Shown here: positions 12,384 through 24,380 of the stretch, piece after piece
Numbering within the stretch: position 1 is the stretch's first letter
How the letters are laid out: each line of letters starts with the position of its first letter
From: Macrostomum lignano
Lineage: Eukaryota
Direction of reading: 5' to 3'
DNA length: 64,000 bases
NCBI GenBank assembly: GCA_002269645.1
Contig: NIVC01000146.1
Location: 1-64,000 of the forward strand
Program-made: the position numbers and the translations under genes
The notes under the pieces: generated by a model
Seen by the model: the letters and a program-made list of their open reading frames with translations, nothing else
Databases searched by the model: none
Told to the model about the DNA's origin: nothing

Positions 12384-12829
12384 CACAGATACTAGAATAG
12401 CTCGATGGGTCATTCAGCACATTTGCGTGCAAGCTACTTTCAGTTGAGTAGTAAGTTAAACTGAAGCATTTTAATGTATTTTTAAAGACGGCTCATTTAT
12501 TGGCTCTTTCCCACCAAGCTTAATTAAGGCCTCAAACTCCACACAGAACCTCTACCCCTGCCCCGCCACCCAATTTTTATTGCCTTCCTCGCTTGTTCCA
12601 GCCTAAATCTGCCATGTACATTTCAGTGGCTAATGTACATTATTGCTGAACCAAATAGCAAGCTGTTTGCGTCTGAAAGCTTCTAAATTTATTAGTCATC
12701 TCAGCTGCCTTTATTGTTATAAAATAGCTTATGTATTCTTCATTGCTACTGAACTAAAAATAGAAAGCTGTTTTGTCAAGTACGAGTATATATGCCTGAG
12801 TGGCCCATCTAGTTATTCTAGTATCTGTG
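12384..12829. mobile_element. MITE with ~34-bp TIRs (CACAGATACTAGAATA...), copy 1
   Basis: TIR pair at both ends; the whole element recurs inverted at 32390-32836. Confidence 0.85.
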
Positions 12830-13048
12830 CCTGTTCCGAACTGGGACCCAACCGTCTCAGTTTACGTTGAGCAGCAGTTGCAGCGGATACTGCCATTTTC
12901 CGCTTGGAGACACGCAATGATGACCGCTGAACTTTGCACCAGTGATGAAATCGCAACCGGGTGAATAAGGTCGCCAACGATGTCATCCGTGCTTGGGTGT
13001 TCGGAATTGTGCAGTTGAAAAACGGAGCCGGCTTCTCCTTTCGCATTG

Positions 13049-13148
13049 AGCCGTACGCAGCCTTCAGATGCGCCGCACAATAGCTGCGGCTGAGCTGTCG
13101 GTTGCACATCTGCCTATTAAGGCAGGTGTAATCATTTATTGTTATTAT
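13049..13148 (+). mobile_element. SINE family A 3' fragment
   Basis: agccgtacgcagccttcagatgcgccg...cacatctgcc plus an AT-rich tail. Confidence 0.8.
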
Positions 13149-14081
13149 GCATCTTTGAATTCCCTGTCTAGGCAGTAAGCCAGTAAGGTGGGTCATACAG
13201 AGTGCAGTACTCAAGTACACGAGTTCTTGCTGTCGTGCGCACGGGCGCGAGAGCTCACAGCTCACGATCTCACTGAGTCTGGGGCGTCAGGTGGTGCAGG
13301 CTGCCTTCAGCAAGGTGTCAGGACGGCCGCAGGCAAGAGGCAGAGGATGCAATACAAGCATACAGGTAACCTGGACCTGGACCAGACCTTCAACTGCCTC
13401 TGGCAACCGAATGAAAGAAGACAGAACAAAGCACTTACTTCGTTGGCAACGGATGAGTTGGCGTAAGTCCTTAAAACTCGCGGCCTGCCGTCTCAACCGA
13501 TGTATATTTGAGATAATTCCGTAATGTGGTATGTCTGGAACCGAACTACACGGACTATTAAGTACGTTGGGCGTTCGCAGTAAGAGACCGTGTTTACGGC
13601 TGGCAGCTCCAACTGTACAGCTAGGTAGTGAAACAAAATCTCAAGCCCGAGCGCGCGAGAGGGGGGCAAGCGACGCTGCGCTCAAATAAATTAGCCACAG
13701 TACGCAAGGGGAAAGGCTGGCTCGGAGCCCCATTAGCCAATCACAGCGCAGAGTTACAAAAATGTACTGCAAGAGATGGCCTGGCTGCAGCCAATCATCG
13801 CACAACAAGCAAGGGGATAATTAACAGAGGGTTAAACGATAAAATAGAAAACTAGGACTTAAGCCAACTGGCTGAGACACACATTGCATACATTGAGGTG
13901 TGTCACACAGGGTGATTCACGCAGACATCAAAGTGGGGACGAGACGCATGGGGATGACTCAGGGAGGGATGCACTTGCACTGCAACGGTACCAACACAAC
14001 GTGGAACAAGAGCAAATGCGCTCTATAAATCACTTGAAATTGCTGAATTCCATACTGCTGGCTTAGGACGCTGCATCAGCC

Positions 14082-15492
14082 TTAACTTGCGCCAAATATT
14101 TGCTTTACTTTGCCGCGAAAAGCTGCCGTAAGCTCCTTGCCCAGCAGCTGACGGAGTCTGAAGCCGTCCTTATTATGCTTGACATCCGTCATCTCCTTGC
14201 AAGTTTCCTTATCTAAGTGACAGCGCTTGTAGTGCTCATTGACGCCGATTTTGACTTCTGCGTTGTAGCAGGATCCTTTCGTGTTTGGCTTGGGGACGTC
14301 CTCCCAGCTGAAATGGTTGTGCAAGGCCACCACACAGCAGGATTTGTGAATCGATTTGATAGAATAGCCAAGCGGGCTCTCCTGTTTCGTGCTGTACGGA
14401 TGCCGGAGCATGTACATCTTGGGGTCCACCGAGGAGTCCTCTCCGAGCTCGCTGAAGTGGTACCAGTTCCTGAAGGCGAACGAGCTCGTGTTCGCTCGTT
14501 TCTCCAGCGCGCTCAGCAGAGTGGGATAGTCCGGGTGCTGCTGTGGCACGATGATCTCGTCCAGGTCGAACACCGCCGTGTACGTGTAGCGGCCGAGGTT
14601 CTGCAATTCGATAAGGAAGGACGAGTGACACCACGAATCTGAAAACTGTCCACCATGACGTGTCTATTACCTCATAGAAGCACTGGTTGATGGCGGGAGA
14701 CATCAGCAGCAGCCCCAGCGACTCTTCCTGACCGGCTTCACAAAACGGACATCCGAGCTTTCTCACATCCACAAATCCTTCTGCACTGTAGGCTTGAGCT
14801 ACTGATTCAAAATTTTTGTTCGTCATGTGATGAAAGTGCAGCTGCACTTTGTCCATCTTGAGCAGTCTCTGAGCCTCGAGCCACTCGATCAGTCTGTACT
14901 CATCCGGCTTGCCAAAGGTCACCGACACGCAGTTGATGATCTGACGAGGGTTGTTTGGACTCTGACCCAGAGACAGAGGGTTGTGTCTCACTCGCATCAC
15001 CTGCGATCTCAGAGAGGCGTCGCCAGTTTGAATGAAGACGAAGGTAGCAGAGCTGAGGTCATCTGCGACGGGGCAAGACAGCACGAACTCTTTGTAATAG
15101 TGCTGCTTGTGACCCATGCCAGCGCCGATAGCAGACCTCTTGGCGACTGTGCTGAAGGAGAGGTGACCGGACTGGTGCATGAACTGGCAGGTGAGCTCCT
15201 TCTCGTAGGCCTTCGTATCGAGCACAGTGATCACGCGGACGTACTTGCGACCGTTGAGCGTCGGTCTGGTGTCGAAGTAGGCGCTGTACACGAAGTGCCC
15301 GATGGACTCCAGATCGCCTTGGTCCTGCAACAACTGCTTGGCAATTTTCAGAGCCGTAGCCCGAAGAGATGCAAAAGCACCGTCGTTGTCGGTCTGACAC
15401 GACATCTGCAGCACGATGCCCAGCAGAAACAGTCCGGCCAGTGCGATTGTGCCAGCCGCGAATGTAACATAACTCAGCTTGGTGCGCTTCAT
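14082..15492 (-). CDS. Glycosyltransferase family 92 copy 2; join(15492..14671, 14600..14082), 446 aa
   Basis: ATG at 15492, N-terminal signal anchor, 70-nt GT-AG intron, same motifs as copy 1, uninterrupted frame after splicing. Confidence 0.9.
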
Positions 15493-16089
15493 ACAAGTTG
15501 CTTTTAGGCTTCGGAAGAGTCAAGTATTTAAGTTTTAACTATCCTAGCAGCTGCTGTCAGAGAAGTTTTGCAGACGATTTTCTGAGAGAATGAAGAGCTG
15601 CTAACTCCTAGTTTGGCGTGCGTCTGTGTTTTTCACATGATGCAAGTCGCATGGAAATATGTTTCTCATTCATTTTCGGCAATTGTTGCAAAACTGGCAC
15701 AAGCTGAGTTACGGGTCTGGGCTGAGCACCCTGGGGTGAGAAACAGACGGAGGCTATGGTTAACAAAATCGTACATAGAGAGTACTGCTTTGCATGCAGT
15801 GGCATCGTTGCAAAAAAACTTTGCTTTTTTCTCTTGCCGAGCTCGAAATTTACAAACTCCTGTACAAGGAAAGGTGGGTGTAAAATTGTTTCATCTGTGT
15901 AAAATTTCTTTTCTATTTTAAAATTATCTCTTCACAAGATACGATTTCAAAGTTTATTTATACGAAGTTATACGGATATTTATATTTATATTTATATTTA
16001 TATATTTATACGGATATGGAGAATAATATTATGGAGAAGTAATGTTGAGTCTGGAACAGGCCATTATCGAGCCTTGGTTACTTGGAGGT

Positions 16090-16320
16090 TTGGGGTTCGA
16101 TTCTCGACCCACTCAACAATTTCTGTTCTTGAGCAAGAAACTTGCTCAATGGGTGCCAGCATTAGCTGGGGTAATTGAGGGTGTGTGTGGCGACCTCCCA
16201 GCCCCTTGGACTGAACAGCCGTACGCAACCTTCAGATGCGCCGCGCAATAGCTGCGGCTGAGCTGTCGGTGCCACATCTGCCTATTAGGGCAGATGTAAT
16301 CAATTCTTTTTAATATTAAT
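16090..16320 (+). mobile_element. SINE family A copy with internal deletion
   Basis: B-box gggttcgattc, body matches 24125-24380, and ~35 nt of the core are replaced by an inverted repeat. Confidence 0.8.
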
Positions 16321-16559
16321 AGTTCAAAATGCTTATAGCTCTAACTAAAATACAGTAAGAGCGAGTACAATGGCAGAATAGTTGACAAAATTCCACATTG
16401 CCTAAAAGTTTCAAGCATTCCAATTTTTGAATTTTTGGTCTTGTGAACCCCCCGGAGCATGTGTTGTGCCCGGGTGCGCTTGCACCGATGAGCAATCTCT
16501 GGCTCTCGGTCAAGTGTGCCCGGCACTGCACTCCCACCCCTCCCGGCCGCGTGCCTGTG

Positions 16560-16810
16560 CCAACCCCCCCATTCTGTCTGCGTCAACCCCCCCCCCATTC
16601 TGTCTGCGTCAACCCCCCCATTCTGTCTGCGTCAACCCCCCCATTCTGTCTGCGTCAACCCCCCCCCATTCTGTCTGCGTCAACCCCCCATTCTGTCTGC
16701 GTCAACCCCCCCCATTCTGTCTGCGTCAACCCCCCCCCCATTCTGTCTGCGTCAACCCCCCATTCTGTCTGCGTCAACCCCCCCATTCTGTCTGAGTCAA
16801 CCCCCCCCAG
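16560..16810. repeat. ~22-26 bp minisatellite with variable C-run (caacccccccattctgtctgcgt)
   Basis: Seen directly. Confidence 0.9.
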
Positions 16811-16937
16811 TTGCACCCACCCCACTGTCTGTTAGGTCAGCCGGTTTTGGCTGGCTGCGGCTCCAGTGCGCCCCTCGCTCGCCCTGCGATTGGCTTCAAT
16901 TTCATACTAGTCAGGAGAATTTTCATACGACTGCTAC

Positions 16938-17660
16938 AACAAATCTGACACAGTTTTGCGGTAGTGACACACACAGATCTGACACAGTTTCGCAGTAGTG
17001 ACACACAGATCTGACACAGTTTTGCGGTAGTGACACACAGATCTGACACAGTTTGAAGTAGTGACACAGATCTGACACAGTTTTGCAGTAGTGACACACA
17101 CAGATCTGACACAGTTTTGCAGTAGTGACACACAGATCTGACACAGTTTTGCAGTAGTGACACACACAGATCTGACACAGTTTTGCGGTAGTGACACACA
17201 CAGATCTGACACAGTTTTGCAGTAGTGACACACAGATCTGACACAGTTTTGCGGTAGTGACACACAGATCTGACACAGTTTGAAGTAGTGACACAGATCT
17301 GACACAGTTTTGCAGTAGTGACACACACAGATCTGACACAGTTTTGCAGTAGTGACACACAGATCTGACACAGTTTTGCGGTAGTGACACACACAGATCT
17401 GACACAGTTTCGCAGTAGTGACACACAGATCTGACACAGTTTTGCGGTAGTGACACACAGATCTGACACAGTTTGAAGTAGTGACACAGATCTGACACAG
17501 TTTTGCAGTAGTGACACACACAGATCTGACACAGTTTTGCGGTAGTGACACACACAGATCTGACACAGTTTTGCGGTAGTGACACACACAGATCTGACAC
17601 AGTTTTGCGGTAGTGACACACACAGATCTGACACAGTTTTGCGGTAGTGACACAGATCTG
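16938..17660. repeat. ~30-34 bp minisatellite (cagatctgacacagttttgcagtagtgacaca)
   Basis: Seen directly; a variant block recurs 420 nt apart (16981 and 17401). Confidence 0.95.
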
Positions 17661-18592
17661 GCAGTGCAGGAAGATATTTTACAGTAATTGGCACAAATTG
17701 TTACATAAGTTCTACATCAACTGGAGCGGATATGAAACATGAGAAGCAGCTGCCTGTCGCGCTTACAGAAATTTCACAATACCGAGTTATATTTGCTTTT
17801 GTTGGCAGCCTGTACTGACAATAGGCAGCGTGGCGCAGGCAAGGCAACTTAATGCGATTCGAGCAGAGGAGAACAGCGTGAATATAGACTACATGAAGTT
17901 TTAAACAGACAGCCACGGTGCTTTCCAAATTCCCTCTTTTTGCACCGTCTAAAATACCTTTTAGCTTAACTTCCTTTTCTGCATGTGGAAAAGCACACAC
18001 AGTGCATTGTTCTCCGCAAATATATGACTGCTTCTGCGACCCATGCAGCATACTTTTGGTTTTGGCGATTTAAAACGAAAAAATTAGAAAAAACTGAATA
18101 AATTACTTCATGCTAAATGGTATAACTTTGATAGATCGTTTCTTGGAAAATTTTAGGAGGCAGGAAGAAAATAAATTACGCAGATTGAAGATTTTCGTTT
18201 TTTCAATACAAAAATTTTTATTGCTTTCGATAGGAGGCAGACTTAATGCTCATATTTTGATATGATTTGCCTGTCTTATAGCTCTAGTGATATTCATAAA
18301 GCTTCTCGTTCAGAAAACTAGGATTCTATGTGAGTTTTATATTCTGCGTACATGTCCTGTGCCTAGAAATTTTCTTTATGACTATCAATAGAGCTTATGA
18401 GAAAGGCAAAACTTATTAAAATATGAACACTGGATCTGCCTCCGATCGAAAAGCAAAAAAATTTGTGCTGAAAAAAATGAAAACTTCCGATCTCCGTAAT
18501 GTTATCTTTGGAAAAACCTGCCTACTAAACTATTTCAAGAAACGTAGTTTGCCATACTTCTACTTGAGTAGTCCTTGGCCTAAAGATTAGAC

Positions 18593-18700
18593 AGTCAGGG
18601 CCGCTGCACACCGTGTGCGAGTGTGTGTGAGTGCGTGCCTGTGTACAGCATTGGCGCGCTTGTGTGCTCAGGGGTCAGCGGGATGGGCAGAATTGCCTCC
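18593..18700 (+). mobile_element. SINE family B internal fragment
   Basis: gccgctgcacacc..gtgtgagtgcgtgcctg..gctcaggggtcagcgggatgggcag resembles the body of 56422-56777. Confidence 0.55.
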
Positions 18701-18799
18701 GAGTTGTGGGCTGATGCATTTAATCATTAAAATTCTTAAGTTTTCAATAATGTTAACAATGCCACACCGAGCCGATGCTGTTTGTCAACTGAAAAAGCA

Positions 18800-19226
18800 G
18801 CTACAGCTACTCTGCGCTGGCCTTCCCGGTCCCTAGACACGAATCCCATCGAGAATGCCTGGGACTTCGTTAAACGCAGCATTCGAAAAGAGAATCCACC
18901 ACAGATATTGTGGAGCTGCGTCATGCCATTAAAAACGCTTGGCAGCAGCTTCTCCAGGACTTTCTGCGCCGCCTCATCCTGGGGATGCCCCGCAGAGTCG
19001 CCGCACACAAGGGATCCCACACGCGTTATTAAGCATCGCGATTCTAACTGCATATTGCATATAGTAATTTTTTGTGCGACTGATTTTTATTATTGATTCA
19101 ATCAACTTTCCCTTACTTCTTAGTTGCGTAACTTAAGGCGTGAATTTTGAGTGACAAGTTGTCGGAATAAGTGAGAAAATTTTCATCTCACTTGGAGGGT
19201 GGAACTTTTGACTATCGCTGAGTATA
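18800..19226 (+). mobile_element. Tc1/mariner transposon 3' remnant (frameshifted transposase C-terminus plus right end)
   Basis: WPSRSLDTNPIENAWD matches the Tc1 WPxxSPDLNPIE motif; after a frameshift, ELRHAIKNAWQQL...GMPRRV..KGSHTRY* (TAA 19030-19032); putative end ...actatcgctgag followed by TA. Confidence 0.8.
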
Positions 19227-20002
19227 GTTACACACAGATACTTCTAGAGCGCCAGCGTGAGGAATCTGCGCCACCGTAAGTGTCGTTGTTTAGGGTTCAG
19301 TGCCATTAGGATATCGTCACCATGGCCTGCGCGTTAGTGCGACAGTGGGTTGGCAGGCAAGCAGGACTGTGTGCTGAGTCTCCCGTGGTCCGTCTCGGAA
19401 CATAGTAGTTAGTGCCGAGTAGCGACGTCCATTAGATGGTCAGATTGAGCACCAGCTGCAATGTTCTCTAAAGACCTGAATCCTGCTACGACAGCAGCGA
19501 GGTTAATTACCGAGTCAGAAAAAAGCTGTCACGGATGCCATCAGAAAAAATACTGCTTTCAGGAGCATTTATGTTGTGACCGTAGGATACACCGGTTGTG
19601 TCAATAGGGAACTCAATGCATGCATATTACGAGCTATTTGCAGTTGGCTAATCATCGTAGCAAGGCAACGCTTTATTTGAAACCGAAGGGATGCTGGCCA
19701 GAGGGTAGCTTATACATGTAGAAGCAATAATACAGCAAGTGGACATTACCGACGCGGGTTTTAAAACATAGAATTCAATAGAACGCTTGAGCTTGAACAC
19801 ACAATAACAATTTATTAGCATTATTAAGTTTTCAACAATACGAGCGTATCAACAAGCTTACTCAGCAGAAAAGGTTACACTTAAACAGATTTAAACTCGT
19901 CAAAATTACTTTAGAAGTAACCTAACCAAAAATGAGCGAATAGCAATTCCTTCAAGGTCGAATGCGATCCCAATAAATTACCGTCAGCAATTCGCGGCAA
20001 AA

Positions 20003-21362
20003 CTATCCAAGAAGCTGTTTTGTCTTACTTTGAAAAGCCGCAGTAAGCTGCTCGCCCATCAGCTGAAGAAGCCTCGAGCCGTCCTTCCGCAGCGTTGCAT
20101 TCGTCATCTCCTTGCAAGTTTTCTCGTCAAAATGGCACTTCTTGTAGTGCTCATTGAGTCCCAGATCGATAGGCACTGGGAGATGACCGCTTTGGGTGTT
20201 CGGCTTGGGGACGTCCTCCCAGCTGAAATGGTTGTGCAAGGCCACCACACAGCAGGATTTGTGAATCGATTTGATAGAATAGCCAAGCGGGCTCTCCTGT
20301 TTCGTGCTGTACGGATGCCGGAGCATGTACATCTTGGGGTCCACCGAGGAGTCCTCTCCGAGCTCGCTGAAGTGGTACCAGTTCCTGAAGGCGAACGAGC
20401 TCGTGTTCGCTCGTTTCTCCAGCGCGCTCAGCAGAGTGGGATAGTCCGGGTGCTGCTGTGGCACGATGATCTCGTCCAGGTCGAACACCGCCGTGTACGT
20501 GTAGCGGCCGAGGTTCTGCAATTCGATAAGGAAGGACGAGTGACACCACGAATCTGAAAACTGTCCACCATGACGTGTCTATTACCTCATAGAAGCACTG
20601 GTTGATGGCGGGAGACATCAGCAGCAGCCCCAGCGACTCTTCCTGACCGGCTTCACAAAACGGACATCCGAGCTTTCTCACATACACAAATCCTTCTGCA
20701 CTGTAGGCTTGAGCTACTGATTCAAAGTTTTTGTTCGTCATGTGATGAAAGTGCAGCTGCACTTTGTCCATCTTGAGCAGTCTCTGAGCCTCGAGCCACT
20801 CGATCAGTCTGTACTCATCCGGCTTGCCAAAGGTCACCGACACGCAGTTGATGATCTGACGAGGGGTGTTTGGACTCTGACCCAGAGACAGAGGGTTGTG
20901 TCTCACTCGCATCACCTGCGATCTCAGAGAGGCGTCGCCAGTTTGAATGAAGACGAAGGTAGCAGAGCTGAGGTCATCTGCGACGGGGCAAGACAGCACG
21001 AACTCCTTGTAATAGTGCTGCTTGTGACCCATGCCAGCGCCGATAGCAGACCTCTTGGCGACTGTGCTGAAGGAGAGGTGACCGGACTGGTGCATGAACT
21101 GGCAGATGAGCTCCTTCTCGTAGGCCTTCGTATCGAGCACAGTGATCACGCGGACGTACTTGCGACCGTTGAGCGTCGGTCTGGTGTCGAAATAGGCGCT
21201 GTACACGAACTGCCCGATGGACTCCAAATCGACCGGGTCCTCGAAAAAGTTTTTGTTGATTGTCGCCTTGTCTTTAATGTCACTCAAAGACCAGGTACAG
21301 AGCAGCAGTAGCAGCAGTGCAAACCCGGCGGTCGCTATGACTCGTCGTGGTGGCTTTCCCAT
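20003..21362 (-). CDS. Glycosyltransferase family 92 copy 3; join(21362..20586, 20515..20003), 429 aa
   Basis: ATG at 21362, signal anchor GFALLLLLLCTW, the same 70-nt intron, intact frame. Confidence 0.9.
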
Positions 21363-21523
21363 GCCGCGGAGCCAACACTGAGAAGGAAAAACGATTGTTT
21401 TACTTAGATTTACAGGTAAGAGCCGTGTCAGAATTATTCTGATTTGCTGCTCATTACTTTTTCTGGTCCCTTGAGAAAAGCCATTAGATCGAAAATAATT
21501 TAACCAGCTAGCCTTAAATAGTA

Positions 21524-21997
21524 CTCTCCTCTCCTCTCCTCTCCTCGCCTCTCCTCGCCTCTCCTCGCCTCTCCTCTCCTCTCCTCTCCTCTCCTCTCCT
21601 CTCCTCGCCTCTCCTCTCCTCTCCTCTCCTCTCCTCTCCTCTCCTCTCCTCTCCTCTCCTCTCCTCTCCTCTCCTCTCCTCTCCTCTCCTCGCCTCGCCT
21701 CTCCTCTCCTCTCCTCTCCTCTCCTCTCCTCTCCTCTCCTCTCCTCTCCTCTCCTCTCCTCTCCTCTCCTCTCCTCTCCTCTCCTCTCCTCTCCTCTCCT
21801 CTCCTCTCCTCTCCTCTCCTCTCCTCTCCTCTCCTCTCCTCTCCTCTCCTCTCCTCTCCTCTCCTCTCCTCTCCTATCCTCTCCTATCCTCTCCTATCCT
21901 CTCCTCTCCTCTCCTCTCCTCTCCTCTCCTCTCCTCTCCTCTCCTCTCCTCTCCTATCCTCTCCTCTCCTCTCCTCTCCTCTCCTCTCCTCTCCTCT
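21524..21997. repeat. (CTCCT)n pentanucleotide microsatellite, ~95 units
   Basis: Seen directly, with cgcct and atcct variants. Confidence 0.97.
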
Positions 21998-22240
21998 GAA
22001 TTAGGCAACACAGAAACACAGACGCATACAATGTAGCTTAGAAAAAGATACGTCTGTCTGGAATGTCGAGAAATCCAGGCCAGCTCTTCGGTCGACGTAG
22101 CGGAAGCCACTTCTCCAGGCGCATAGTTGAGCATGTTTATAAAGCGGTAGGAAAAAACTTTTTAGAAATTAAAATTAATTCTAGAAATTCTCTTTCCTAT
22201 TACGGTGAATCTTCCTATATACTAAAAATGAGTTGTCTGT

Positions 22241-22625
22241 ACTAGCAATCTAGCGCCCCCTTCGGGGTGGCCAATAAGCAAGGGACGAATCCTTTAAAAT
22301 GAAAAAAAAAATCTTAGGGAGGGGGGCTAGGAATCGAATTCTCATTTTAATTCTGGGCTAATGTACCAATAAAACATGCTTGTGCAGAATTTTATAACAG
22401 ACATTGAAATTCAACCATACTTGCCTTCTTTCAGAGCTACTTCTACCAGTACGCTCCAGTACGCTACCAGTACCCTTGTGAGCCTTGACATGTCAGCAAT
22501 TCCCCCCACAAGCCTTAACACATCAACTCCCCCCCTCGACATCTCAGCGATGCCCCCATAAGCCTTGAAATCTTAAAAAATCTGTCTACTTTCTAACCCT
22601 AACCCTAACCCTAACCCTAACCCTA
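22241..22625 (-). mobile_element. Helitron-like 3' end, left arm of a large inverted repeat
   Basis: On the minus strand, a GC hairpin followed by ...attgCTAG|T; near-identical reverse complement of 23393-23778. Confidence 0.6.
22593..22625. repeat. Interstitial telomeric repeat, (TAACCC)5
   Basis: Five perfect units at 22594-22623. Confidence 0.95.
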
Positions 22626-22667
22626 TCTATAGATAGATAGATAGATAGATGCTCAACTATTGATAGA

Positions 22668-23111
<444 letters not shown>

Positions 23112-23112
23112 A

Positions 23113-23778
23113 GCTGAGATGTCAAGGCTCACGGGGGAATAAATGAGATGTCAAGGCTAATGTCAGAAGCTACATGTAGTTTATTGGAAAAAAGTTATTA
23201 TATTATTTGTTGGCTCCTCACGGGAGGGATCGCTGATAGAAAAAGCGTAATGTAAAAAATAAAAGAAGCTTCATGTCGAAGTTAAGAGATTCATTTGGGA
23301 ATCCCTACGATGTCGAGGCTTGCAGGGAATCGCTATAATGCTGTAGTAGTGCTATAATGACTCTTAGAGAGAATTACTGAAATTTCAATGCTTTAGGGTT
23401 AGGGTTAGGGTTAGGGTTAGAAAGTTAGACAGATTTTTTAAGATTTCAAGGCTTATGGGGGCATCGCTGAGGTGTCGAGGGGGGGAGTTGATGTGTTAAG
23501 GCTTGTTGGGGGGGGGGAATTGCTGACATGTCAAGGCTTACAAGGGTACTGGTAGCGTACTGGAGCGAACTGGTAGAAGTAGCTCTGAAAGAAGGCAAGT
23601 ATGGTTGAATTTCAATGTCTGTTATAAAATTCTGCACAAGCATGTTTTATTGGTACATAAGCCCAGAATTAAAATGAGAATTCGATTCCTAGCCCCCCTC
23701 CCTAAGATTTTTTTTTTCATTTTAAAGGATTCGTCCCTTGCTTATTGGCCACCCCGAAGGGGGGCCTAGATTGCTAGT
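23113..23778 (+). mobile_element. Helitron-like element 3' portion (right arm), including (TTAGGG)4 at 23393-23420
   Basis: Hairpin ggccaccccgaaggggggcc at 23747-23766, 11 nt before CTAG|T (23774-23778); body homologous to 47502-48330. Confidence 0.65.
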
Positions 23779-24124
23779 CTAAGCCTATAAATTAAGACCA
23801 TGAAAATTTGTCTACGGTTCTAAACTGAACAACGAGGAGAAAGAATGGCCATCCCCATAGACATTTGCAGTTTCTTGTATGCTTCAGCACTGAGCTATGA
23901 AGTTTCGACCCTGATGCCCGAACATCGAAAAAAACGAATTGCCTGGTGATTTCAGTTTTCTCTCTATGGTGAATGGAACTCTGCTAGACTCTGTGCAATG
24001 CACCAAACTGAACGCAGTAGAAAGCGGAAAGGAAGCAAAAAACTAGAAAAGAACTAGAACCGAGTTTTGCGCCCCTTCCATCTAATATATACTACTTAGT
24101 TGACCACACTAGAAACTGAAAGGT

Positions 24125-24380
24125 CAGTCAGGGGTTCGATTCTCGACCTAACTCGGAACAAACTGTGCCATTGAGCAAGACACCCAACTCTGCATTGCTT
24201 CAGTTCACTCAGCTTTTATATGGGTGCCAGCATTAGCTGGGGTAATTGAGGGTGTGTGTGGCGACCCCCAGTCCTTGGAATGAACAGCCGTACGCAGCCT
24301 TCAGATGCGCCGTGCAATAGCTGCGGCTGAGCTGTCGGTTGCACATCTGCCCATTGAGATTAATTAATTATATTAATTAT
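24125..24380 (+). mobile_element. SINE family A (tRNA-type B-box, CORE/MIR-like centre)
   Basis: gggttcgattc at 24132-24142; gagcaagacacccaactctgcattgcttcagttcactcagc resembles the CORE-SINE central domain (from recall, not searched); five copies in the window. Confidence 0.8.

Noticed and set aside
12950-13030. Merlin/ISXO2-like transposase fragment (RAWVFGIVQ)
   Set aside because: One short motif, with no TIRs or further catalytic residues identifiable.
14236-14670. C-terminal part of the 418-aa ORF (and the equivalents in the other GT92 copies)
   Set aside because: Read-through of a 70-nt intron into the wrong frame; splicing restores the DxD-containing frame.
16837-17694. Cys-rich ORFs resembling metallothionein or keratin-associated proteins
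   Set aside because: Products of a minisatellite, open in all three minus frames.
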